Positions 30,940 through 41,316 of a stretch of 64,000 bases of DNA are shown here, piece after piece. Numbering within the stretch: position 1 is the stretch's first letter; each line of letters starts with the position of its first letter. The stretch comes from Cyanobacteria bacterium P01_D01_bin.156 (GTDB lineage: Bacteria; Cyanobacteriota; Cyanobacteriia; Phormidesmidales; Phormidesmidaceae), in assembly GCA_039024555.1 (NCBI GenBank), contig JBCCQQ010000010.1:1-64000 (forward strand), written 5' to 3'. The translations under genes and the position numbers were made by a program. The notes beneath the pieces were generated by a model, which worked only from the letters and a program-made list of their open reading frames with translations, was not told where the DNA came from and did not search any database.

Positions 30940-31815
30940 ATGAATAACGCAAAACTTGTTGCCAAGACTCATCCTGACCACACCAGCATAATTTCGATTA
31001 CCCCTCATCTCTCTGTGGGTGGTAAAGACTTATTTATTGTTGGCGGTCCCTGTTCCATTGAGAGCATGTCACAAATGGAAACCATTGCTGCCTCTCTCCA
31101 AAATGCACCTGTACAGGCTTTACGAGGCGGTATTTACAAGCCCCGCACATCACCCTATGCATTCCAAGGTATTGGCGATGTTGGTTTAGATATTCTCACT
31201 GCCATCAACCAGCGCTACGGTTTACCTGTCATTACTGAGGTGATGGCCATTCACCAAATTGAAAAACTGGCAGAGTATGCGGATGTCCTACAGGTGGGCA
31301 GTCGTAATATGCAGAACTTTGACTTATTAAAAGCGCTGGGGGCGATTGACAAACCGATTCTTCTTAAGCGGGGGTTAGCGGCTACCGTCACCGAATTTGT
31401 AATGGCTGCAGAATATATTGCTAGTCATGGTAATTCTAAGATTATTCTCTGTGAGCGGGGCATCCGCAGCTTTGATAATTACACTCGCAATGTGCTGGAT
31501 TTGGGTGCCGTTGTTGCCCTGAAGCAGATTACTCACCTGCCGGTACTGGTGGATCCTAGCCATGCAACCGGAAAGCGGGAGCTGGTAGCTCCGCTAGCAA
31601 GAGCTGCCGTTGCGGCTGGAGCCGATGGTTTAATGATTGAATGTCATCCAACCCCTGAGCAGTCCATTAGTGATGCCCGACAGACCATGAGCCTAGAGGC
31701 CATGGTAGACCTTGTCGATAGTTTAAGACCTATTGCCCAAGCGGTTGGCCGTTCGATTCATCCAGTACCGACAAATGCCGATCTGAATTCTAGGGAGGTT
31801 GCGATCGCAGGCTAA
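30940..31815 (+). CDS. aroF: 3-deoxy-7-phosphoheptulonate (DAHP) synthase, type I-beta
   Basis: [36 protein letters not shown] and MIECHP motifs. ATG at 30940 follows terminator 2. Confidence 0.93.
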   Translation: MNNAKLVAKTHPDHTSIISITPHLSVGGKDLFIVGGPCSIESMSQMETIAASLQNAPVQALRGGIYKPRTSPYAFQGIGDVGLDILTAINQRYGLPVITEVMAIHQIEKLAEYADVLQVGSRNMQNFDLLKALGAIDKPILLKRGLAATVTEFVMAAEYIASHGNSKIILCERGIRSFDNYTRNVLDLGAVVALKQITHLPVLVDPSHATGKRELVAPLARAAVAAGADGLMIECHPTPEQSISDARQTMSLEAMVDLVDSLRPIAQAVGRSIHPVPTNADLNSREVAIAG

Positions 31816-31858
31816 GTGTTGCTGCTACCGCTTGTCCCCCAGATTTGGCAGTCCAAAC

Positions 31859-31973
31859 ACAGAGATTATTGGCATTGCTGGTTTAGGAGATGAAAAAATC
31901 GACAAGACCGTTCAATCGATAGAACTTGAGAACTCATATCATTTCAAGGATTGGCAATGCCAATAACCTCTGT
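31859..31973. repeat. Inverted repeat, about 22-bp arms and about 70-bp spacer
   Basis: ACAGAGATTATTGGCATTGCTG ... TGGCAATGCCAATAACCTCTGT. Confidence 0.65.
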
Positions 31974-32688
31974 TTCCCCTAACTAGAGATGTCACTGAGA
32001 CCTTGGAACAATGTCTAACATTCACATGTCTGTGATGATAACTAGACCATAACGCGGCCACTAAGGGTGTCAGCCGTTAACGACTGTTTGCACATCGAGC
32101 ACTGTTATAGTAATCAGGGAAATTATCATGATGCTCAAATATATTGCTTGGTAGGCTTCGCAGAACTACTTCTGTAGGAATTTTCTTGGTGCATCAGGGC
32201 AACTGTTGAAGCTTAAAACATCAGCGCTATCAAATCTGTTGATTTCAGTGTCTATTGGTTTCAGTAATAGACGCTAGAAAAAGACAAGCTAAACGTTGCA
32301 GCTCATAATTATTGGTCTGACACAGTAGCTATCAGCCAAGTTTCCATAATTTACAGATTGCTTATTTTTCTGGGCTGGAATGTTCCGATTCCTGAACTTT
32401 TCCGAGTCTTGTCAACAACTGTTCGGATTCTTTGTAATTAGCTTGTTGATTAAGATATCGGGGGTGCTTTACTAGCGCTATTTTTTCATGTCTTTATAGC
32501 CATATTCAGATCAAAACTGAGGATGTGAGCTTCGGTTCAAGCCATCTATTCGAAGTTCTGATCAATTGTCAGAGTAATCTACAGCAAGCTGTTAATTGTA
32601 TTTAGCCGTTTGCACTGCCCATTGCTATGTAAAGTTCTGGCAATTACCTGACAGTTATATGCGCAAAGCTATCTTTTTATTTTTGGAG

Positions 32689-35520
32689 ATGCCTGAAGTG
32701 AAACGAAAGCACTTCCTAAAGGGTATACCTGCTGTCGCTACACTCTCAGTCTTAGTCGTTTTAGGTCTGAAAAATTTTGCTGTTGATTTTGACCAATATA
32801 GAAGCTACAGTGCCCTAATTTCAGATCAGCTGGTCAATGAAGCCGATGTTCAACTAGCATTGCAAAACATTCGCTATACCATTTCTCAAAATAGTCAGTC
32901 CCTCAACGTCGCTTTACTAGAAGCGGAAAAAGTTCAGCTTCAACTGACAGAGCAAATTCCTCCCTCTCTTTCAGACAGAAATAAAAATCGGCTACAAAAA
33001 CAGCTAGAGTTCAATGCTGAACTTCTAGAAGAAAAGCGTCAGCTCATTGAACAACTTGAAGGGCACCACGCCAAAGTAAGAACCGCCCTAGCTCAAGAGG
33101 CTAATTTATTAGAAGGGCTAGATGGTAATCTGCGGCTAGAAGTGGAAGCTTTGCTAGATGACTTATCTCTTTATGCAGTGACTAGTAATGAACAGCTGAT
33201 CCTTGACATTGACGTAAAACTCCAGCGCTTAGAGAACAGGCTCGGCATCAATACAGCAACCCAACAACGCATCAATCAGGCCACTCAAATTCTCCTAGAG
33301 AATAAGCCTGTGGCGGATCAGCTAGTCGATGAAGTATTTGATTTACCCCTAACTAATAATATTCGGGCTTTAGAAAAACAGTTTGCTGAGATTCAGCAAA
33401 CGACTCGAGGAAGAGTTGAACTATACCGTAGTTTAATCTACGCTCTATTATTTATCAGTTCGGGCGTTGTATCCTTTTGGGTTATCAGTCGTTTACGTCG
33501 CTCAAGCCAACATACCGTCAGAGTGTTAGAGAGTATCACGGATGCATTTATTGCTGTGGATCGTAAGTGGGCAATTACCTACGTAAACGCTCAGGCTGCT
33601 GATATCCTCAAGTGCGAGATTTCCGGACTATTAGGACAAAGTTTTCTGCAAGTATTACCCGAATCTTTGGGCAAGCGGTTTACTGGGTACTACCGTGATG
33701 CTGTCATTAAAAAATTGAGAGTAGTTAGCTTTGAAACTTACTATAAGCCTACCCAACGCTGGTTAATGGTAAGAGGTTACCCTAGTCGAGATGGGCTATC
33801 TATTTTCTTGCAAGACTTTACTGAACGCAAACAAGCTGAGGAAAAGCTATTAGAACTGAATCGTGACCTTGATAATCGGGTCAAAGACCGTACAGCCCAG
33901 TTGGCCAATGCGATGGAGGAGGCAGAATCAGCCCGTGTAAAAGCTGAAGATGCCAATCGCTCCAAGAGTGAATTTCTCGCCAATATGAGCCATGAGTTAC
34001 GGACGCCTTTGAATGCCATTATCGGCTACAGCGAAATGCTGGAAGAAGATATCTATAGCATTGGTGAAGATGAATTTGTTCCTGATCTACAGAAAATTCA
34101 AGGGGCTGGCAAACACCTATTGGGGCTGATTAATTCAGTGTTAGACCTCTCTAAAATTGAGGCTGGTCGCATGGAACTCTTTGTGGAAGAGATCCATGTA
34201 CAAACCCTGATTAAAGAAATCATGGGAACTATTCAGCCACTGGTACAGAAAAATTACAATCAGCTGTTTGTGTCCTGCCCCGATGACATTGGTACCATGT
34301 ACGCTGACCAGGTAAAGCTACGGCAAAGCTTGATTAACCTTCTCAGTAATGCTTGTAAATTTACAGAGAATGGCAAAATCACCCTAACAGTTAGCCCAAC
34401 TAGCATTAATCACCAGACAGGTACACAGGAAAATGGTGTGCAGTTTATGGTGACAGATACGGGTATTGGTATGACTCCAGAGCAAATGAGTAAAGTATTT
34501 CAAGCATTTACTCAGGCCGATACATCAACTACCCGTAAGTATGGCGGTACTGGATTAGGGCTGACTATCACCAAACAATTTATTTCCATGATGGGTGGAG
34601 ATGTCTTGGTGGATAGTACCTACGGTGAGGGAACGACATTCACACTGATGCTCCCGAGAACAGTGGATGCAGAGAATTTATCAGAGGAAACATTCTTTGC
34701 GCCTCCCATACCGCGTACTGAACGGGAAACTGTTTCAGCCCTTTATGAACTATCTGAACAAACATCTGAAAAAACTATACTGCTTGTGGTTGATGAGCCG
34801 CAGACTCAAGAAAATTTGAAGAACTGGTTAGCTGACGAGGGCTATACAGCTATTTTTCCCGTGGATAGACAACAAGCCCTTGCCTATGTCGATGAGCTAC
34901 TACCGGATGTTATTCTGCTCGACGGCTTGCTCCCACGGCAGGATAGGGAATTTCTTTTAGAAGAAATCAGGGCTAGAACAGATTTGACCCAGGTACCTAT
35001 TATTTGCCTATCAGCTCCCGATGAATATGCTAATACTTATCAGCTAGGTGTCACCGAGTATGTCTCTAGGCCCCTGCAACCTACTAGTTTACTCAACACC
35101 TTAGAAAAGTATTTTCCAGAGTCTCCAGGACCTAAAATTTTAGTTGTTGAAGATGACTCGGATGCACGGGAAATCATGGGTCGATTATTACGCCAGTACG
35201 ACTGGACAATAGCGTTAGCTGCGAATGGACTACAGGCCCTTGACTATCTTCAAAAAACTGTCCCGGATCTGATTATTGTTGATTTAATGATGCCGGACAT
35301 GGATGGCTTTGAGCTAGTTAAGCGTCTGCGCCAGTCAACTCAGTGGGGAAGTATTCCAATTATCGTTATTTCAGCTAAAACGTTAACCGCTAGAGAACAA
35401 AAGCAATTAGAAGGTGTGGTCCGGATCTATCAAAAAGCAAACTTTAATCGCCAAGAGCTATTGAATGATGTCAAACGGATTGTATCTGCCAGAGCTAATA
35501 GTACATCAATGGCAAGTTGA
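32689..35520 (+). CDS. Hybrid histidine kinase (2 TM, periplasmic helical DAHL-like sensor, PAS, HisKA-HATPase, 2 REC)
   Basis: [28 protein letters not shown] and GTGLGL motifs. First REC is degenerate. Start uncertain (ATG 32689 or GTG 32698). Confidence 0.92.
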   Translation: MPEVKRKHFLKGIPAVATLSVLVVLGLKNFAVDFDQYRSYSALISDQLVNEADVQLALQNIRYTISQNSQSLNVALLEAEKVQLQLTEQIPPSLSDRNKNRLQKQLEFNAELLEEKRQLIEQLEGHHAKVRTALAQEANLLEGLDGNLRLEVEALLDDLSLYAVTSNEQLILDIDVKLQRLENRLGINTATQQRINQATQILLENKPVADQLVDEVFDLPLTNNIRALEKQFAEIQQTTRGRVELYRSLIYALLFISSGVVSFWVISRLRRSSQHTVRVLESITDAFIAVDRKWAITYVNAQAADILKCEISGLLGQSFLQVLPESLGKRFTGYYRDAVIKKLRVVSFETYYKPTQRWLMVRGYPSRDGLSIFLQDFTERKQAEEKLLELNRDLDNRVKDRTAQLANAMEEAESARVKAEDANRSKSEFLANMSHELRTPLNAIIGYSEMLEEDIYSIGEDEFVPDLQKIQGAGKHLLGLINSVLDLSKIEAGRMELFVEEIHVQTLIKEIMGTIQPLVQKNYNQLFVSCPDDIGTMYADQVKLRQSLINLLSNACKFTENGKITLTVSPTSINHQTGTQENGVQFMVTDTGIGMTPEQMSKVFQAFTQADTSTTRKYGGTGLGLTITKQFISMMGGDVLVDSTYGEGTTFTLMLPRTVDAENLSEETFFAPPIPRTERETVSALYELSEQTSEKTILLVVDEPQTQENLKNWLADEGYTAIFPVDRQQALAYVDELLPDVILLDGLLPRQDREFLLEEIRARTDLTQVPIICLSAPDEYANTYQLGVTEYVSRPLQPTSLLNTLEKYFPESPGPKILVVEDDSDAREIMGRLLRQYDWTIALAANGLQALDYLQKTVPDLIIVDLMMPDMDGFELVKRLRQSTQWGSIPIIVISAKTLTAREQKQLEGVVRIYQKANFNRQELLNDVKRIVSARANSTSMAS

Positions 35521-36122
35521 CAGGTCATATACCCATCACTGTAGAGCACCGTGGAAGAAGTATTTGCTGTAGCTGTGATAGTAGCAGAAAACTCCAGTAG
35601 CCAAGAGTTTCGGCCTGATAAATAAACGCTATAAAGACCGTGTTGACCACAAATATTTTTTATTATGAGCATTTATTTTCCGGAACTAATCGCTAGAGGA
35701 GAGCATCTTTATAAAGAAGTTTCGCATCTACTGAAATTTAGCCGTAATTAGAATTAGTGAGTGCTGGCATCAAATATTGCCCAATATTCGATTTTTAAAG
35801 CGCCATTATTTAGCTATGACTATCTAAATATTTTATAGAGTCAGTTAACCGTTAGTTAGATTGAATCTTTATTGCTAAGGGCAAGGTAAGAAATAAGTGT
35901 TTGTTGATCAAAGTAGCGCTACCAATATGATCTTCTGTCGGCTCCCATACCGATGGTTGTTGAACTCAGTCATTTCTCTCCTGGAGAGTACGGTTTTAGT
36001 GAGGCAGTTTCGTGCATGTGGTGAACTGAGGGATTTATATGTTCATCCGGATCATGTGTTGACAACAGCTTGTCAGTCGAGTTTATGACCACTCTCCTCA
36101 TATATACAGAGGTTTAGGAGGA

Positions 36123-38999
36123 ATGCTAGTGAATCGAGACGCTCTATTTCGAGGTGCAGGAGTCGCTGTTACTTTTCTGCTCCTTGCATTTTTAGGAATT
36201 AAAGGTAAATCTGTCGATGTGCGCCAGTACCAGCGTTACGCCGACTTGATTTCGAGCCAAGTTGAAAGTGATGCAGAAGTTGAACTGGCCTTGCTTAAGG
36301 AACGTTACACGGTTCTGCGGAATGACGAGCCCCTAGAGGAGGCATTGGCAGAAGAACTCTCTATTCAAGAAGAGCTCGCCAAAGAGGTTCCTGATTTTAT
36401 TTCTAAAGACGCCCAAGATACATTGCAGCAGTTAATTAGTCGGGATGCCCAGTTATTACAAGAAAAGACTGAGCTCATTAATCAATTTCAGCAAACCAAC
36501 TCGGAGCTGCAAAATGCCTTGGTGCAGCTGCCAAGTTTGGTTAATAACCTAAAGAATACCAGCGACGCTGATCTAGAACGGCTGATTGATGATGTCTTGA
36601 TTTACATTATGGCCACTGATGAGCAACTAGTGGCCACTATTGAGAAAGAGTTAGGTACTGTTGAGACTAAGCTAGATTCTAATGATTTCTCTAGTTCCGA
36701 TGATGTTGCACAGGTTGTTCAACTATCGCAGACGGTTTTACAAAATAAGCCCTTAGCCGATGCATTAGTCGATCAGGTCATCAACTTACCGCTTACTCAA
36801 AATATTAGAGAGTTAGAAGATGCCTTTGATCAGTCTAGCCGCAGTGCGTTTCGACGAACGGCACTCTATCGCAATACAGCTTACCTGGTGGCTCTCGCAC
36901 TCATTGGTGTGATTGCCTATAGTTTAATAGCTCGATTGAGGCAGTCGACCCAGCGGACAACAAGTGTCCTAGAAAATATTACTGATGCTTTTGTAGCCGT
37001 TGATCGTGGGTGGAAAGTCACCTATGTTAATGCGCAGGCTGCGGAAGTCTTAAAGCGAAATATTCAAGGACTTTTAGAACAGGATTTTTGGAAGATTTTT
37101 CCAGAATCTCTGGGCCTACGTTACCAGCAACAATATCGTCGGGCGATGGCTGAGCAAACGGTCGTCAGTTTTGAGACCTACTACGCTCCTACCCAACGTT
37201 GGCTACAGGTGCGGGGCTATCCTGGTCGTGATGGTCTGTCACTGTTTCTACAGGATGTTACGGAACGGAAGCAGGCAGAAGAGCAGTTGATGGAACTCAA
37301 CCGTGACTTGGATAGCCGCGTGCAGGATCGCACGACTAAACTCATGAAGGCTATGGAAGAAGCGGAAGAAGCGCGGGTTAAGGCAGAAGATGCCAACCGT
37401 TCTAAAAGTGAGTTCTTGGCAAATATGAGCCATGAACTACGGACGCCGCTCAACGCCATCATTGGTTACAGTGAAATGCTGGAAGAAGAAGCGACTGATG
37501 TCGGTGAAGACGACTTTGTTCCTGACTTACAAAAGATTCAGGGGGCAGGAAAACATTTACTGGGGCTGATTAATTCGGTGCTGGATCTGTCCAAAATCGA
37601 AGCGGGTCGGATGGAGCTGTTCTTAGAAGAATTTGCTATCCAAGACTTGGTAACAGATATTGCGGGGACCATTACGCCAGTTGCTCACAAAAATGAAAAT
37701 CATCTATCGGTGTTCTGTCCTGATGACATTGGTAACTTGCATGCAGATCAAACAAAGCTACGTCAAAGTTTGTTCAATTTGCTAAGCAATGCCTGCAAAT
37801 TTACTGAAAATGGTGATATTACTCTAACGGTAGAAGAAGTCTCTACGGTTGATAGTGATATCTATGACGGTCCATGGCTAAGGTTTATCGTTAGCGATAC
37901 CGGTATTGGTATGAAGGAAGATCAAATTGAAAAGATCTTTGATGCGTTTACCCAGGCCGATGCATCAACCACTCGAAAGTATGGCGGAACAGGTTTGGGA
38001 TTAGCCATTACCAAACAGTTTATCAATATGATGGGTGGTGATATCTCTGTAGAGAGTGCCCATGGCCAAGGAACAACATTTTCACTGCTGATTCCACAAG
38101 TGGTCCAGACTGCCAATGCTAAAGGGAAGACATTCTTTGCTCCAGCCCTATCTTCTGAAGGGGCATCGAGCCTGCCCAGTGGCGATATCACTAAGATAGC
38201 GACCAAACAAACAATTTTAGTGATTGATGACGACCAGGATGCTCGAGAAATCTTGCGTCGTTCTCTAAATGAGGCTGGTTATAACGTAGTTTGTGCAAGC
38301 AGTGGAGAGCAGGGACTGGCATTAGCAGAAGAGCTATTACCAGATGCCATTACTTTGGATGTAATGATGCCACAGATGGATGGATGGTCTGTATTGAGGC
38401 AGCTTAAAGAGACCCCCACGGTTGCGGATATTCCTGTTATTTTATTGTCCATTGTCGATGATCGTCCCCTGGGCCACAGTCTGGGAGCTGCAGATTATCT
38501 TACTAAACCCATTGATAGGCAGCGGCTGCTGGGAGTTTTAGAAGCTCATCTTTCCGGTCAAGCATCACCCACAATTTTGGTGGTTGAAGACGATGTCAAT
38601 GCCCGGGAGATTATGGGGCGCTTTTTACAGCGCCAAGATTGGACGGTAGATTTGGCCGCCAATGGGCGTGAAGCGGTGCATTATCTGGATGTGACAACGC
38701 CAGACCTGATTGTCCTGGATTTAATGATGCCTGAAATGGATGGATTTGAATTTATTCAGGTCTTGCGCCAAAATCCAGACTGGCAAGATATTCCTGTGAT
38801 TGTTGTTACGGCTAAAGCATTAACCGTTAGCGATCAACAGCAGCTGGAAGGCGTCGCACGGGTGTATCAAAAGGCCGATCTCAATCGTCAAGAGTTACTG
38901 AATGAGCTGCAGGCAGTTGTGTCAGCTAAAACAGTCTCAATGCCCAGTACAACAGATTCAGTGTCTAGCCCTGATAGGGTGTCTAGTACATCTGATTAA
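36123..38999 (+). CDS. Hybrid histidine kinase, paralog of the upstream gene
   Basis: Same architecture with near-identical PAS/HisKA/HATPase; both REC domains canonical. AGGAGG precedes the ATG. Confidence 0.94.
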   Translation: MLVNRDALFRGAGVAVTFLLLAFLGIKGKSVDVRQYQRYADLISSQVESDAEVELALLKERYTVLRNDEPLEEALAEELSIQEELAKEVPDFISKDAQDTLQQLISRDAQLLQEKTELINQFQQTNSELQNALVQLPSLVNNLKNTSDADLERLIDDVLIYIMATDEQLVATIEKELGTVETKLDSNDFSSSDDVAQVVQLSQTVLQNKPLADALVDQVINLPLTQNIRELEDAFDQSSRSAFRRTALYRNTAYLVALALIGVIAYSLIARLRQSTQRTTSVLENITDAFVAVDRGWKVTYVNAQAAEVLKRNIQGLLEQDFWKIFPESLGLRYQQQYRRAMAEQTVVSFETYYAPTQRWLQVRGYPGRDGLSLFLQDVTERKQAEEQLMELNRDLDSRVQDRTTKLMKAMEEAEEARVKAEDANRSKSEFLANMSHELRTPLNAIIGYSEMLEEEATDVGEDDFVPDLQKIQGAGKHLLGLINSVLDLSKIEAGRMELFLEEFAIQDLVTDIAGTITPVAHKNENHLSVFCPDDIGNLHADQTKLRQSLFNLLSNACKFTENGDITLTVEEVSTVDSDIYDGPWLRFIVSDTGIGMKEDQIEKIFDAFTQADASTTRKYGGTGLGLAITKQFINMMGGDISVESAHGQGTTFSLLIPQVVQTANAKGKTFFAPALSSEGASSLPSGDITKIATKQTILVIDDDQDAREILRRSLNEAGYNVVCASSGEQGLALAEELLPDAITLDVMMPQMDGWSVLRQLKETPTVADIPVILLSIVDDRPLGHSLGAADYLTKPIDRQRLLGVLEAHLSGQASPTILVVEDDVNAREIMGRFLQRQDWTVDLAANGREAVHYLDVTTPDLIVLDLMMPEMDGFEFIQVLRQNPDWQDIPVIVVTAKALTVSDQQQLEGVARVYQKADLNRQELLNELQAVVSAKTVSMPSTTDSVSSPDRVSSTSD

Positions 39000-39038
39000 C
39001 CCGCTAGTGACTGTAGGCTGAGGTTAATTAAGGGGATT

Positions 39039-41309
39039 ATGACAAAAATTTTATTAGTTGAAGATAATGAGCTCAATCGCGATATGTTAAGTCGGCGCCT
39101 TCGTCGTCGTGGATATGAGCTGTCAATTGCCGTAGATGGGGCAGAAGCGATCGCAATTGCCTCTGCCCAGACCTTTGACCTTATCCTGATGGATATGAGT
39201 CTGCCAGTGATGGATGGATGGGAAGCAACACGTCGTCTAAAAGCCCAACCCCACACCCAAAAGGTCCCCATTATTGCTTTGACTGCCCATGCTATGCGAG
39301 GCGATCGGGATCAAGCACTGGCGGCAGGATGTGATGACTATGATACCAAGCCTATTGATCTCAAGCGACTATTAAGCAAAATAAAATCCTTCTTATCATC
39401 AGAACAACTGGCAGATACGTCAAGTACTCCCAAACCTATCAAAACGAAGGAAAGTCCTGCGGCACCGGTGATTCCTATCAAACCAATCACCCCCATTGCC
39501 ACGCCAACTATTCTGCCGATATCTGCAACAACTTCCGAAACACCCGTTACACCAATTAATCCCGAACCTTTCCCCAACCCATCGGTTGCTCCTGAAGTTC
39601 AGTTGCCCAGCGGACTCCCAGCTGCTGCTACACCTAGTGATGATCTGTGGACTACTCCCTCTCCATCCTCTAAGGATGAACTATGGACCACCCCCTCCAC
39701 TGATGAGCTATGGTCACCCCCATTAGAACCAACCTCCCTGGATGTGGCCGGTATTAATCTAGATGTGAGCAAGAATGAGCCACCAGCCTCCCCGATTACG
39801 GCAAATATTCCAGACGTTGCGTCTGATGCTACTGAGGTCAAAGCTCCAGCTACTCTCGATGACGCAGATGTCAAAACTCCAATAGCTAGTGAAAAGAAAA
39901 AGAATATCTTTAGCGGCTTGCCCATTTTAGTGGTGGACGATAACGAAGATAACCGCGACATGTTAAGCCGTCGCCTTACCCGTCGAGGCTACTTAGCTGT
40001 TGTGGTAGAAAGTGGTGAAGCCGCTCTAGATTATATTGCCACCCATGCCGATGTAGCCCTAGTCCTTCTCGATATCATGATGCCAGGGATTGATGGTATC
40101 GAGACCTTAAAGCGTATTCGCAAAAACTACTCTCGTCAGCAGCTCCCTGTACTAATGGTTACTGCCAAAGCGCAGAGTGATGATATGGTCAAGGCTTTTG
40201 AACTAGGGGCCAATGACTACATTACTAAACCCATTGATTTTGCAGTGACCTTAGCTCGGGTGGAGACACAACTGGCGATTGTTAAAGCAACAAAGGTCAT
40301 AGATGAGCCTCCCCGATCCATTCGTCGTGCTCCAGAGGTTGCTGCTAAGAAACCCAGTGCACCACCTAGCACACCACTACCAGTAACTTCTGAAAAGACA
40401 GCTGAAAAAACAGCACCGTCTGAGCCTCAGCCAACTAGTGCAAACATTAGTCTGGTCCCTGACAACACAACGTTTTCTCGGTTCGCGGCAGATCGCTATC
40501 AGGTACAGTATTTCTTACGACAGGAGCCCCTCGGACCTCTTTCTATTGCCTTAGATAAACACACAGATTCTCTAGTCCTGTTGCAGACCCTCAAGGCGTA
40601 TTCCCAAGATACCGCTGATTTGTTAAAGCGAATCATGGAAAAAGAGACTGAAGCCTTTCAGCCACTAAGATCCCTTTTTCCAGGATATACCTATGGTCAA
40701 GTCGGAAACACGTTCTATATTGTCCATGGCTTGGGGGATACCTTCCATCAAGAGCAGTTACTACAGGCTAAATTGCAAAACCCTTGGCCATTGGAATCTG
40801 TTCTACTATTAATGGATCGCCTGCTGGAACAAGTCAGTGTCTTTCATCGCCACAACCAAATTCATACAGGGTTACGAGATGACTGTTTTATTCAGACCAA
40901 TGATTGGGAAACTAAGGGACAATCAATGGTTTTAGTGGACAGTGGTCTGGGCAAGCGAGTCATGATTGGCGTTAGCCAACAGTCTGCTGAATATCGCAAA
41001 CAGCTATTGATGCAGCGAGACTATCAGCCCTTGGAGCAGCGGATTGCTCGTCCCGTTATGAGTAGTGATGTCTATGCTCTGGGGTTAATCGGTCTGCAAG
41101 CACTGACTGGGCAATCCATTGATCAATTGACCATGCCCAGCGTTAGCGGAGAGCTACAGTGGCGTCAATTTACCACCATTCCCGATCCAATTGCAGAATG
41201 GTTTGAACAACTCATTCATCAGAGTCAGAATAAGCGCTTTGGCCATGCTATGGCCGCTCGCAACGCGCTTACTCCCCACCTACAGACTTACATGGCAGAA
41301 CCGGGGTAG
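39039..41309 (+). CDS. REC - Pro-rich linker - REC - degenerate Ser/Thr kinase-like domain protein
   Basis: Two REC domains, both with NRDMLSRRL. The C-terminal HTGLRDDCF / VDSG / YQPLEQ / SDVYALG motifs align to kinase subdomains VIb-IX. Confidence 0.85.
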   Translation: MTKILLVEDNELNRDMLSRRLRRRGYELSIAVDGAEAIAIASAQTFDLILMDMSLPVMDGWEATRRLKAQPHTQKVPIIALTAHAMRGDRDQALAAGCDDYDTKPIDLKRLLSKIKSFLSSEQLADTSSTPKPIKTKESPAAPVIPIKPITPIATPTILPISATTSETPVTPINPEPFPNPSVAPEVQLPSGLPAAATPSDDLWTTPSPSSKDELWTTPSTDELWSPPLEPTSLDVAGINLDVSKNEPPASPITANIPDVASDATEVKAPATLDDADVKTPIASEKKKNIFSGLPILVVDDNEDNRDMLSRRLTRRGYLAVVVESGEAALDYIATHADVALVLLDIMMPGIDGIETLKRIRKNYSRQQLPVLMVTAKAQSDDMVKAFELGANDYITKPIDFAVTLARVETQLAIVKATKVIDEPPRSIRRAPEVAAKKPSAPPSTPLPVTSEKTAEKTAPSEPQPTSANISLVPDNTTFSRFAADRYQVQYFLRQEPLGPLSIALDKHTDSLVLLQTLKAYSQDTADLLKRIMEKETEAFQPLRSLFPGYTYGQVGNTFYIVHGLGDTFHQEQLLQAKLQNPWPLESVLLLMDRLLEQVSVFHRHNQIHTGLRDDCFIQTNDWETKGQSMVLVDSGLGKRVMIGVSQQSAEYRKQLLMQRDYQPLEQRIARPVMSSDVYALGLIGLQALTGQSIDQLTMPSVSGELQWRQFTTIPDPIAEWFEQLIHQSQNKRFGHAMAARNALTPHLQTYMAEPG

Positions 41310-41316
41310 TCATCCG

